A stretch of DNA of 62,347 nt, the filler included, from Chiloscyllium plagiosum (lineage: Eukaryota), in NCBI RefSeq assembly GCF_004010195.1. It is 4 parts of one record of this genome, joined end to end, with 100 filler letters (N's around TTAATTAATTAA, not from the genome) between each part and the next. Parts side by side here need not be neighbours in the genome. Positions count along the whole stretch, not along the records: positions 19,272 to 40,669 come from NC_057717.1; 3 more parts are not named here. One strand, 5' to 3'. This document shows positions 23,371 through 35,829 of the stretch, one piece after another. The first letter of the stretch is position 1; each line of letters begins with the position of its first letter. A program made the translations under genes and the position numbers. The notes under the pieces were generated by a model that worked only from the letters and a program-made list of their open reading frames with translations, did not search any database and was not told the DNA's origin.

Positions 23371-23994
23371 TCCATCTACCTAACGTGCTCATCACTGGGT
23401 ACTTTGAAGTAATCTAAGCAGCCAAAGGAAACCCATGCGGAATAACGTGCAAATTCAACATTATCAATCACTCCAGGTTAAAATAAAAACTCGTTTCCTG
23501 GCGCCGAGAGACAACAGTGTTAACCACAGAGTTGCCTGAAAAGGCAAGCACTTTTATCGATGGGTAACTGAACCTCGGATATGCGCGGTGACAGGCAGAC
23601 TTACTACCTAGGGCGACTGTGAAAAAGGAAGCGCCCTCAGCTTCTATGTAGGGACTGGGCAATATCAACTATTTCACTATCCTAATCCTTGTAAAACCAC
23701 TGACACCATAGCCATGTGATGGCTTCAGTAATTCACACCTGAATAGTTCTTGAAGTGATGAGGGTTTCTGACCCATAATGCAAGTTCAAGATTCCAAACA
23801 CGCGATGGCTGAAATGGAGTTTTTTTTCACAAACACATACTCAAATCTTTCTGCCTCTGAAATCTCTGCATCCCTGGTGATTGACCACTTCATCAAGGTG
23901 CATTGTTTCTTTAACTTTAACCTTTCCATATCCGTCTTTACTTTATACATCTCAATCTTGTCTTCTTTCAATTCCTCTGCTATAAGAAAAAAAA

Positions 23995-24130
23995 AGCCCA
24001 AACTCTCTTTATAACTGAAACTCCTCAGCCCAGACAATATCCTGATAAATCTCTTCTGAACCGTCTCCAAAGCTATCACAGCTCCTTTGTAAAGTGATTT
24101 GCAGACTGCACACAATAGTCCAGCTCGAGC
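23995..24130 (-). mobile_element. CR1 3' ORF2 fragment (extends to ~23750)
   Basis: VIALETVQKRFIRILSGLRSFSYKE is a CR1 C-terminal motif. Confidence 0.7.
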
Positions 24131-24219
24131 CGAATGAACAAATCAAATAAATGATCAGAAAGTCATGTACACTTTTCCAGCAAACTCTCTTTTACTCAAT
24201 AATATCTTGTGTCCTTTTC

Positions 24220-24410
24220 ATAGAATCATGGAACTTGTACAGTGTGGAAACAGGCCGTTTAGTTCAACAAGTCCACACTGATCCTCCGAAGAGTAACTCA
24301 ACTAGACCTATTCTCCTGTCCTTTTATTGTATGTTTACCACTTACTAATGCGCCCAACTTACACATGCCTGAACAGGATGCGAAATTTAACATGGCCAAT
24401 TCACCTAAAT
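24220..24410 (-). mobile_element. HE1 SINE 3' fragment
   Basis: cagtgtggaaacaggcc...gtccacactgatcctccgaagag...catggccaattcacct. Confidence 0.75.
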
Positions 24411-24970
24411 CTTCTCGTCTCCTGATACTCGTGATCCAAGAATCTCTGGTTCATGACAGTTAAAGTTGCTACATGAGCTTTGTTCGAACAACCACGTCAT
24501 TTAACAGGATCGATTAGTTGAAGTTGCCAAAGCTGAGATTGGAGCATGTGCACCCAGCAACAATGACTGCAGCACCACAGATTGAATGGGGTCAATGTGA
24601 AATCAAGTGTTAGATTGCGCAGTGCCTGAGGGAACTGGAAGAGGATATCTGGAGGAGGGTCAGTAAGAGAGGGAGAAAGACAAAAATATCCGACAATGGT
24701 TGGTTTCAATTCCTTATATATAACAGGCCGAGATGTGAGAGAGCAGGTTCTGAAGAAAGAAAATCATCACCTTGGATAATATTTTCATGTGAAAACAACT
24801 GATGCCATGCTGTGCTGATTTAGTACATGTCACATAGAGTAAAAGGGGGGAAATATTACGTACCATAATTCGAATTCTAAACGTACTGATGCGGCCATAA
24901 ACCAAGGTAGCGACCACTGAATACGAACGCGGCATCACACAAACTGACGCACTTAAAGAAAAACACTTAC

Positions 24971-25260
24971 AGTGGCAGAGGATATGTCAGAAACAACAAC
25001 ACAAACATAGGAAGACCACTTAGCGAAGTCTCGACTGAGATGTTGGAACTCAGAATGGGCTGAAACTTCAACTTCGATGTTTCTAGAGGCTGTGGACTTA
25101 CCATCATTGGATATGAATGACGACTGAGATGAACTGTTTTCCATAGACTATCAAAGGCTGAGAGGATAGCCTGGGATATAGTTGAAATACATGTTTCAAT
25201 AGTCATGTAGTTTAACATCATTTACTTCAGCCGTTACCTCACATGTGGAAGTAATCACTG
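24971..25260 (-). pseudogene. Candidate Ig-superfamily C-type domain exon relic
   Basis: ttgtcag acceptor and gtaagt donor bracket ~290 bp that read, with frameshifts, EVTAEVNDV/YMTIETCIS...MENSSSQSSFISNDGKSTASRNIEVEV...YVCVV. Confidence 0.35.
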
Positions 25261-26613
25261 CTGACAACGATCACAGATATTTAATTACCATTCAGAGAAA
25301 CTGAGTGGTATGGCCGCGAAAATCCCAAATTAATGAGAAGACTCGACATTTTTATTCAGCTCAACTTAACCTCGAGATATCGAGGAAAAGCACGAAAGTA
25401 GACTTAGAATTTTAAGATCAGCGGTAATCCCATCGAATGGCTGTGCAGACATTGGGTGAATGAAAGCTTTATGAGAACAAGTGTGTTTTCTTTGCGAAAT
25501 TGTCCGCTTCACAATGTGGGAACTATTGCAGCTAGTGGTGAAGTTGATTATATTTACTAGCTGTTCACCCTGAGACAGTTACAATTGTTTCTCCTGTTCC
25601 TGATATCATCACAGACCTGCAGCCAGCGCACTTGAATCAGTGGCTTCATGATTTGCTTCTTTGAAAATCTGGGGGTTGTTCATTCGACTCTTCAATTTCA
25701 CAAGAACACTGCCGAATTTTATTACACTTGCAAACTCATTGTCCCGAAGTCGAGATGTGCTTTGAGTTCCTTATCTGCAGGATGAAGATTTTTTCCTCAA
25801 CAACAATGCACTACTTCCTTATGTACAAGTATGTTTGAAATGCTGGGATGTCTGAACTATTGATATGAAGCTTTGCCCAACTTCAATCTATTGCCCACTT
25901 ATAAGTATTGTCGGCTGCCAAGATTGGCAATGTTTCAATCGATTATACCGCAATTGTTTGTTTAACAGATTCGCTTTTAAACAGAGGCTCGGTGTGATAA
26001 TAGAAAGTACTAACATGATGAACACAATTCCACAGAATCATTCAAAAGAATTGACGTCTTCATTAGAAGCATCTTGCAAAGTGAATTGTTTACCTTCATA
26101 AACTTTATTTTCCTTAATATCTCTCTAAACTGTGCAGTTTCTGAGTACTTTGTGGTCAGAACATTTGAAAGAATTTCATTGTGTTTCGAATTAATTGTGG
26201 CAATTCTTAATATGTGGATTAATGTCTCCGATCGATGAATGTAACCGAGAACATCAGAGTCAACCTAAAGGCACTGTCAGAAGAGGGAAAGATAGAATAG
26301 TCTCGCACGCTGCTTTTTTGCACATTATCAATTTCAACCCAACCCAATCTCTGCAATCCCTGGGGGGGAAAAGAAAACAATTAAACAGAGCCTCGTTTCA
26401 AATCTGTGAATCTTTAGAAACTCTGTTGGAGGGGAATGAAGGGTGACTTGACCGACTGAGCAGAGACTGTCAAGGGGCATTCCCCTTCTGGAAGGAGCGG
26501 GGACAATAACTCAGATGGTCTCGAGGCCTGGAACTGATCTGAGACATTGAAAGGATCCCCATCAGTGCTGCTCCCCTCTCGCTGTTGTCACTGTCAGGAA
26601 TAATAAAACCTGA

Positions 26614-26685
26614 TTCCCTGACCAGGCACCCAACTTTGGCCGCGGTGAAGAAAACACCGACTCTTAACCATTACACCACCAGTGC
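26614..26685 (-). pseudogene. tRNA-Glu-derived pseudogene
   Basis: ctggtggtgtaatggttaagagtcggtgttttc...ccgcggcc...ggtcagggaa aligns gap-free over 72 nt to vertebrate tRNA-Glu. The B box and acceptor stem are damaged. Confidence 0.7.
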
Positions 26686-27307
26686 TGCCTCCTGAGTTGT
26701 TGGACAGCGTCTTAATGTCAAAGTGTATGGTGTTTTATTTATCAGAACATAAGTTTGAACAAGCCATCGACTGTTTACTGAACGGAAAGAGGCCCATCAT
26801 CCAAGTTTTCAGCACTTGGCCTGTCCCCTTGTGTTCTCAGATTTTTCAAGCACTCGTCAAATGCTATTATCCAATCACGTTTTGCAATGAATGTGACTGA
26901 AGGTTAAGATGGACAACCTGTGTTCATAACCCGTCGGTGAGCTGAACCTCATTTCCAATACAGAGGGAAACACACAAGCACATTCTAGCAGAGTGACTGA
27001 GAGCTCAGGAGAGATCAACCAGAAGGAAGGACTTCACCCAATTGGCTTATTTTGTCTCGTTTCATATTTCAACACCAGAGTCCGGTTACAGCAAAGAAAG
27101 GAAACATTCAGCCATTCCCGTGTCCGTGTTCCGCCCCTATCAAAGCATTGAGCGACGGAGGCAGTGTGCTCTGAGAGAAGGAATTCTCACTGATTAGAAA
27201 CTGCAACATGATAGATGATTGGATAGCCTGTGCATTAAAAACCAGTCGGAACAAAACCAAGACAGAACTGAAGGCATCATGTGCAGAAGGATGAGGGAAT
27301 ATCCTTT

Positions 27308-27610
27308 GGGCGTCACGGTGGCACAGAGGTTAGCACTGCTGCCTCACAGCGCCGGAGACCTGCGTTCAATTCCCGCCTCAGACGTGTGGAGTTTGCACGT
27401 TCTCCCCGTGTCTGCGTGGGCTTCCTCTGGGTGCTCCGGTTTCCTCCCACAGTCCAAAGATGTGCAGGTCAGGTGAATTGGCCATGCTAAATTGCCCGTA
27501 GTGTTAGGTAAGGGGTACACGTATGTAGGTGTATGGGTGGGTTACGCTTCGCCGGGGCAGTGTGGACTTGTTGGGCCGAAGGGCCTTTTTCCACATTGTA
27601 AGTAATCTAA
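27308..27610 (+). mobile_element. HE1 SINE, near full length
   Basis: Head, core and tail ending gtaagtaatctaa. Confidence 0.92.
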
Positions 27611-28584
27611 TATAATGCCGAATCAGACAGTGTCCAGGGTGAAAGAAACAGAGACTGTCCCTGGAAGTCTCGTCCTTTGGTTTCCGTGCTCTCACAGCCA
27701 TGGCCTGCAAATCGTTATCATTTATAGTTACCAATATGAAATGTTTCCTTCGTCTTAAAGTAAAATTATGAACCTGAACATACGCACATAAATGGTGGAA
27801 TTGATAAAAAAAAGATCTGATTTTTTAATTCCATATTTGGTCAGAAAGAGCAACATGCAAACTCTTAGATTATCATTAAAATCGAATATTAAAGCCAGTT
27901 AGTGTTTACCCAAAACTACAAAAGCAGAGGAGGAGCTGGGAGTTTCATGACGGAAGGAAGCTACTGCTCCTGCTTTCGACCCACAACTTTTCATTCCTTT
28001 CTTCCCAAGAACAAGTGCAGAAGCAAAATACTGGCAATCTGATATATATGAAAAAAAAACAGAAAACGCTGGAAATATTCAACTTGTCTGGCAGCTTCTG
28101 AAAGTGTGGTCGAGGTCAACGCCGTCACAACCTGATTGTCTTTACTTTGTATTCATGATAACTGATGCCCAAGTCACAACTCATTCAGACACGTTTCCTC
28201 ATCTTTGAAAGGAATGCACGCATTTAGTTTGCCATGAGAAATGTATTGTCAATTAATTTGGTACTGAAAAGACAACCGTTTCAAGCTGTATGAAACGTGT
28301 TGCAAACGGTCATACCAGTTAAAATGAGGTACCACTTGAAGAAATGTGTGTTTCTGTCAGGAGAGCTATGATAGAATTGTTCATAGAAGATTGTGGTGAA
28401 CTGTCTGCCGATGTTTTTGATGAGGTGGGCAGACGTCTTGATGATGATAATCCAAAACGATCAGATAAATGTAGATTGGGGGAAAACTAGCAAAAGTTCT
28501 GTGAGCCCGCTGAGCATGAAACCTGGGGATGAAGAAATATAAGGTAAAGTAGCAATATTGATCATAAATTGGCTGCGTGATCGG

Positions 28585-28712
28585 TTACTGATGAACGCTG
28601 CCTGCTTGAAATTCAATTTTATGCTCCTCGGATGCCGTGTGACTTGCTGTGTGTTTTGAGCACCAGTCCGATGCTGAATCTGATCTCCAGCATCTGAAGT
28701 CCTCATTATCGC
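28585..28712 (+). mobile_element. Degenerate PLE pLTR fragment
   Basis: ctgatgaa...gaaattc...gctcctcggatgc...atctccagcatctg, same family as 8174-8316. Confidence 0.6.
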
Positions 28713-29899
28713 CTGCAGAAAAGGAAACAGAGTCATTATTAACAATTATCTTTTGAACTGGAAGTATATTTCAAGCGAAGTTTGGTTGAGAGTTGAGGTG
28801 TGGAAGTTTTGTTTAGCTTAATTTAGCCCAACAGCATTCTCTGATTTATCAGGGCTCCCAGCGCCCCCAAGAGTTTCTCTGATTGGTTGGAGGACCAGTG
28901 CCTCCAGCTTGGTCCTGTAGGGCCGCCTCTTCTTCTCAGTTGGCCATTATATGTCAACAGCAGCATGCATAGGGTTAACCTGAACTGTGAGCATGCTCGC
29001 GGCGAGTGATCATTGGACCGAAATGTTGTTGTCTTCAATCGACAGTCGGTGAGTGAGGGCTAAAGGGGAGGGAAGTGCCAGGTGCTAAATCCCAGTTAGA
29101 GGTTTCATGTTTGGTCATTGTATGATTCTGGACACAAACATACTGTATCTGGTGCCGTGATTTAAACCACAGAGAGCCTGAGCTTCTTCCCAGAAACAGG
29201 CCCGCTATTCCTGGCTCAGTTTTTTTTTTTTATTTATTTATCAGATCACTGTTGGTTTATCTATCTTTAGTGTGAATAGAGCTGAAAATAAATGATATTG
29301 TTTTAAATCATTGCTGTGGTACATGATTATTTAATGTTTTTTGGAGACGCATATGTGCGTATTAGTGACTGAGATGGATGGGAAAGTGTAGCCCATGAAT
29401 ATCTCTACCCCTTAACTTGCTGTAAATGTGACAGAGACGGAGAGAATGGAGCAGCAAGTGGAGAGACAGGACTCCTGAGCAGGCTAATGAGTCGCGGGGT
29501 ATTTGGAATTTGGGGTCATTCGTTGCCATTCCCAACACCAAAAAAGACCCATTGTTTTACTCACTGTTCCTCTTCCCCACCCTATCCTACTACTCCCTCC
29601 ACCCAGTATCAGCAATGTTTTAAAGACGTTTACTTATTTCATACATAATATTTCGCTTTTGTCAAAGCATTCAGTAATTTGTGAACTGGATTGAAATTGA
29701 GAGAGAAAGCAGCCAGTGTATGAACATCAAAAATCATTTTTGCACCTCCTCGAACTGCTGAAGTTCTGTGCTAAAATTGCTCACTGATTGCTGTTAGGTA
29801 AGGCTTTACAGGATTTTTGTAATCTAGATAATGTGTTACAGATATCTGTGTCAGTTCAAGACAATTGGTATTTATATCCCACGTTTAACAGAATGGATT

Positions 29900-31250
29900 T
29901 TTTTTTAAAAATCAGAACAGGACTGGCTTGTTGTGATGTTTGATCCTTCTCCATAATTCAATATGATCTTGGCTGGTCATTTCGCACAATAACCTGCTAC
30001 CTCTCTAGACCTGTACCTTTTGATCGCTCGTACCCTCAAAATTATGGCCATTTTCATCTTGTAAACATTCCACGTTCTGGATTTAATTGCTTTATGTGGC
30101 AGCAAATTCCACCGAGTAACCAGTCTTTGATTAAAAAATAAAATCCTCATCTCAGTCTTAAATAAACTAACCCAAATTCTTAGAAGTGACGCCACCTTTC
30201 CACCCCCTACGTTATGGACGTCCTGGTCATTGACAGCATCCTTCCTGCATTTACCTTGTTCATACCTTTTAGAATTTTGTTCGTTTCTGTGACATTTTAG
30301 TTCATCATTCTAAACTTGATTGATTTCCATCCTCACGAATCCATCCTTTCCTCATACGTCAGTCCTGCCATCCCATGAATCAGTCTTATAAACCTTTGTT
30401 GTGCAGTCTCCGTATGGAGAACATCTTTGTCATGACAGGATTACAAAACTGCACACAACCTTCTAGGTTGTGGTATCAACAGGACCCTGCATAATTTCAG
30501 CAAGTCATCCCTGCTCCTGTGTTCAAATCCTCTCAGTACAAAGGCTAAAACACGTTTGTCTTCCTCAACTATTGCTGAGCTGGCATGCTTACGCTCAATG
30601 ATTTGTATACAAGAAGACGAGATCTGTTTTCCTATTTTAGTTTTGTAAATTTATGATGGTTCTGTCCAATCAGTTACTGTTTTCCAGTGTTAGGCTAACT
30701 TCTCTGTCATTCCATGTTTTCTCACTACTTCCTTTTATGAATAGTCGGGTCACATTAACTGACCTCCTATTCATAGATAATGTTTCAGAGTTTATGAGAA
30801 TAATGAAATATGAAAATTAATTTGCTCTACATATACTCCACATTCTAGTTACACAAGACATTCACTGCAATTAGGTTGACTTTAAGTACATGGTTGTTTG
30901 ATTTGCAGTTGGTGGAATTTATTGTCTTTAATCGCATCAATTTCAACAACAACATCATCATGGTCATACTGATTTCCTTCTGTTCCTTCCTTTCTTTCTC
31001 TTCCCAGTAATTTAGGAATATTACTTGTGTCATCATTTGTGATGGCAGATCCAATATAAATGTTTGCTTGGTATGCCATATATTAATCCCACATTATAAC
31101 GCCCTCTGTTTCTCATTGTAAGGGAATTGTTTTTAATAATCGTTTTTTTTCTCCCTTCATATACCTTCAGGAGCTTTAACAATTAATTATATGTTTTTTC
31201 TGAAGCTTAGATTTAAACGGAAATTTTCGCTTTGCATTAATTTTTGGATC
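29900..31250 (-). mobile_element. Degenerate CR1 fragments
   Basis: FKTEMRILFFNQRLVTRWNLLP (CR1 C-terminus) plus linker-region motifs near 30850-31080. Confidence 0.65.
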
Positions 31251-32890
31251 ATTGTGTTGTCAATATTTAAGGGATGCTCCCGGGAAGAATGTCTTTATTT
31301 ACAGGGAGGCGATCCCTGGAGTGTGTCAGTATTCACAGGGGAGTCCTGGGAAGTGTGTTGGTGTTTTGACGAGACGTGAAAGGGAGTGTGTCAGGTTTGG
31401 CATGTTGAGTCCCGAGGACTGGATCCGTATTTACAATGGTGTCCTGGACAAGTATCGGTATATACAGTGTGGTAACGTGGCATGTTTCAGTATTGACAGC
31501 TGGGTCCCGGGTATTTACAGTGAGGTACCAGGGAATGTGACAGTATTTACACAATGGTCGCTAGGAGTTTGTCAGTGTTTACAGGGTTGTTCTGAGGTGT
31601 GTATCAGTGTTGACGTGGTGGTCTCGGGAAGCTTTTCAGTATTTACAAACCGTCCGACGGAGTGTCTATCAGTATTTATCGGCTGGACCTGAGGAGTGTG
31701 TTGGTATTTACATGGGGGTCCTGAGGAGTTTTCAGTACATACGGGGGGTGTGGGGGTTCCCAGGCAGTATGTCAGTATTTACCGGGGGTTCTTGGGATTG
31801 TGTCAGTATTTACAGGGATGTTTCATGGAGTGGGTCGGTATTTATACTGCGTTCCCAGAGAGTGTGTCGGTATGTACAGGAGATGTTCTGGGAGCGTGTC
31901 GGTAATTTCAAAGTGGGGTCACGAGCAGAATGTTAGTATTAACAGGAGGGGTTCTGGGGAGTGTGTTGTTATTTATAGCGAGGAAATGCGGGAGTGTGTT
32001 GGTATTTCCAGGGGGCTGTCATGAGCAGAAGATCGGTATTGACAGGTGGGTTCCAAGGACGTTCACCAGTATTTACAGGGTGGGTCCAGCGAGTTTGTCA
32101 ATATTTATAAGTGTTTCCCGGGGAGTGCGTCAGTTTGCATGGGTGTGTCCCAGGGAAAGTGTTGGAATTTTCAGGGTGGATTTCTGTAGAGTGTGTCAGT
32201 ATTTTGAAAGCAGGGGTCACAGGCTTAACGCCAGTAGTAAAGAGGGGTTCTGGGGAATGTGTTGTTATTTGCAGCGAGGTAACCCGGTAGTCTGTTGGTA
32301 TTTCCAGTGGGGTGTCATGGGCAGAACGTCGGTATCGACAGCGGAGTCCTGATGCGTTTGTCAGTATTTACAGGTCTGTCCCGGTGAGTGCATCGTTATT
32401 ATTTGGTGGGGTTTGGGCTCCTGAGGACTGCATCAGTGTGTTAAAATGCTGGGACACTGAAAAAAACATGGGTATTAGCAAGGGAATTCCAGTGAGTGTG
32501 TCGTTATTTACAAGGGGTACCCGACAGTGTGTTGGTATTTCCGGGGGAAGAGTGTCACGAGACAAACGTGTTGACAGAGGCTGTCCACGGGTGTGTGCCA
32601 GTGTTTGCAGTGGTGGGTTCAGTAAGTGCGTCGTTATTTATAGTTGTTTCCCGGGTAGTGTGTCGGTGTTCAAAATGGTGGTTCCAGGGATTGTGCTGGC
32701 ATTCACAAGATGTCCCATGGAGTGTGTCAGTATTGACAGGTAGGATACCTTGCCGTGTGTCAGTATTCCCAGGGAGTCCCAGGGAGTTAACTAGTGTTTA
32801 CAGGGGAACTGGAAAATGTTTTTCTCTTTACTGGGTGTTCTAGGAGGCTGTCAGTATTTACAGTTATTTCCAGAAAGATTGTCTGTATTT
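30967..32890 (+). repeat. Direct duplicate of window positions 1-1930
   Basis: Monomer-by-monomer colinear match, including the unique flank and rare variants (e.g. gggcagaacgtcggtatcgacagcggagtcctgatg). Confidence 0.95.
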
Positions 32891-35762
32891 ACCAGGGGCT
32901 CCTGGGATTGCGTTGGTGTTTACAAGGGTTGTCCTGGAATGGGTTTCGATATTGATAGGGGTGTACTGGGGAGTGCGTTAGTATTTACAATGATTTTCCG
33001 AGGACTGTGTCATTATTCATGAGTGGGCCCCGGGGAGTGGGTCAATATTGCTAGTGGGCTCCCAAGCAGTGTGTTGGCATTGACAGCGGGCTCCTGTGGA
33101 GTGTGTCCATATTAACAAGGTGGTCCTGCAGATGTGTCTTTATTTATAGGCGGGTCCCATGCAGTGTATCATTATTTCAGGATTAGCCCCATCGCGTGTG
33201 TTGGTATTTATAAGAAGGTTCCAGGGAATTGCGCCATTATTTTCAAAAGTGTGCTGGGCAGGGTGTCATTATTTACAGGGTTGGTCCTGGGGTGTGGTTT
33301 NNNNNNNNNNNNNNNNNNNNNNNNNNNNNNNNNNNNNNNNNNNNNNNNNNNNNNNNNNNNNNNNNNNNNNNNNNNNNNNNNNNNNNNNNNNNNNNNNNNN
33401 NNNNNNNTTTTCAGAGGATTCCCAGTATCATTATTTAGAAGTGTGTTCCAGGGCGTTTGTCTGTCTTTACAGGCGTCTACCGGAGAGTGTTTCCGTATTT
33501 GCGGGTGGCCCTGAGTGTGTCAGAATTTAGAGGGTGCTGCTGAGGAATTTGTCAGTAATGTCAGTAAATACTGGGGGGTGGAATTCCCGGGGATTGTGTC
33601 AGTATTTACGGGGTGTCCCAGGGAGTGTGCAGATACTGCAAAGCGGTCCCGTTGAGTATATGCGTTTGCAGGGCAGTTGTCCAGGAAGTGTGTCGGTATT
33701 TATTTACAACATGGGCGAGGAGAGTGCGTCAGTATCGACAGGGAGTCCCTGTTAAGTGTGTTGGTAATAATAAGGTGTTTATTGGGGAGTGTGTCGGTAT
33801 TTACAGGAAGTGTTCTGTCGAATGTGTTGTTACTTATGGGGTGACACAGGTGTGTGTCAATATTTGTACAGATTCCGGGGAGTGTGTTGGTACTTACACA
33901 GGGTGTTCTGGGGCCTATGTCGGTAATTGCAGGGTATTTAGGGGAGTGTCTCGGTGTTTGCTTGGATTCCATGGAGTGTGTTGGTGGTTACAAGGTTCAC
34001 AGGGATTGTGTTGGTTCTTACAGGGGGAGTCCCGTGAGGTGGGTTGGCTTTTACAGAGTATCACACAGAGTGGTTAGGTACTTGCACGGATTCTGGTGAG
34101 CTTGTCGGTATTTTCTAGGTGGTTACAGATTGTGTGTCATCACCGTATTCACACTGAAGGTCCCAAGGATGTTTTGATATTTACACGATGATCCTGGGAG
34201 TGTTAGTATTTACAGGGGCTCCCAAAGAGTGAGTTGGTATTTGCAGGGTGGTCCCAAGGAGTGTGTCCGTATTTGCAAGGTCGTCCGGGAGAGCATGTCA
34301 GTATTTACAAGATGATCCCACGGTGTGTGTCAGCATTTACAGGGCTGTACTGTCGAGTGTGTAAGTGCTATTTACATCTTGTAAATAATGACACCCTCCC
34401 TCATTTACAAGGGTGCGCTGGGTAGGTGTCATTATTTACAAGATGTTCCCGGGGGTGGTTTGTTATTTACAAGTGTGTCGCGGGTATTTATCAGTATTTG
34501 CAAGGGTGTACCAGGAAATGTGTCAGCATTTTCATGGAGTCCTGGGGAATTTGACAGTATTTACAGGGGCTTTAAGGAGATGTGTCAGTATTTACATGGG
34601 GTTCACAGGGCTCTGTGGCAGTACTTACAAAGGTGCCACGGGGAGGGTGTCATTGTTTACACGGGATTCACAGAGTCTGTGTCAATTTTTAAACGAATAT
34701 CCCGTGGTGTCTCTCTGTATTTACAGGGGGGTCCTGCAGAGTGTGTCTGTATTAAAGTGGGGTCCTGGGTTGTGTGTCAGTATTGACAGAGTGTTGTTGG
34801 GAAGTTTTTTTCAGGAAATATAGGTAAGGGGGAATGTCCTGGAGATTTTGTCAGTATTTACAAGGGAGTCCCAGGTAGTGTGTCAGTATTTACAGGGGTG
34901 CCCTGGTGAGTGTCTGTACTTGCAAGGGTGGGAGTACGGGGAGTGTGTCAGTATTTGCAGCAGGGTCTGTGGGAGTGTGTCAGTATCGATAGGGAATACG
35001 TACAGAATGTGTCGATATTTACTGCGTGGTCCTGGGAAGCGTGTCGGTACTCATCAGGTGTTTACCAGGGAGTGTGTTGGTATTTACAGATTTGTCGCGG
35101 GGAGTCTGTCATCATTTACAGGAGGGGTCGCTGGGATTGTGTCAGTATTCACAGGTTGGTCCCGTGGAGTATACAAGTATTTACAGGGGGTTCCTGTGGA
35201 ATGTGTCAGTATTTGTGGAGCAGTTCTAGAAAGTGTGCTGTTATTAACAGGCAGTTTACCGGGGAGTGTGTTGGTATATACACGGAGTTTACCGGGGATT
35301 GTATCAGTATTTATCGGGGATCCCGTGGAGTGTGTCACTATTTACTGGGTTGTCCCAACGAGTGGTTTGTTATTTACAAGGGTGTCCTGGGGTGTGTATC
35401 GGTATTGACAGGACAGTGCTAGTGAATGTGTCATTATTTGCAATGGGGTCTTGTGACGTGTGTCGATATTTACAGGCGGGTCCCGGGGAGGGTATCTGCA
35501 TTTACAGGGGTGTCCCAGCGCTTCTGTCACTATTTACACGTGCGACCGGGGCAGTGTGTCAGGATTTACAGGTGGATCCATCGCGTTTTATTTGCTTTGT
35601 ACAGGGGCGTCCTGGAGAGGGTTTTGCGATTTACAGAGGGTCCCAGGGAGTGTGTCTCTATTTATAGCAGCGTCCTATTGGTTGTGTCAGAATGTGCTGG
35701 GCTGCATTAGGGAGTATGTGCATAATAACATGAAAGTCCTGGGGAGCATGTCAGTATTTTCA
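31255..35762. repeat. ~32-bp satellite array (contains gap 33301-33407)
   Basis: Adjacent monomers such as gtcagtatttacaagggagtcccaggtagtgt / gtcagtatttacaggggtgccctggtgagtgt are 32 bp long. Confidence 0.95.
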
Positions 35763-35829
35763 TAGTCAGTAGAGCTTGTGTCTGGAAAAGACTCGATGAA
35801 CTGAAGCTGTTCCCACTTGCATATGGGTC

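Noticed and set aside
31191..35765. Many overlapping Cys/Val/Gly-rich ORFs (CQYLQG, SVSVFTG)
   Set aside because: These are translations of the 32-bp satellite in all frames.
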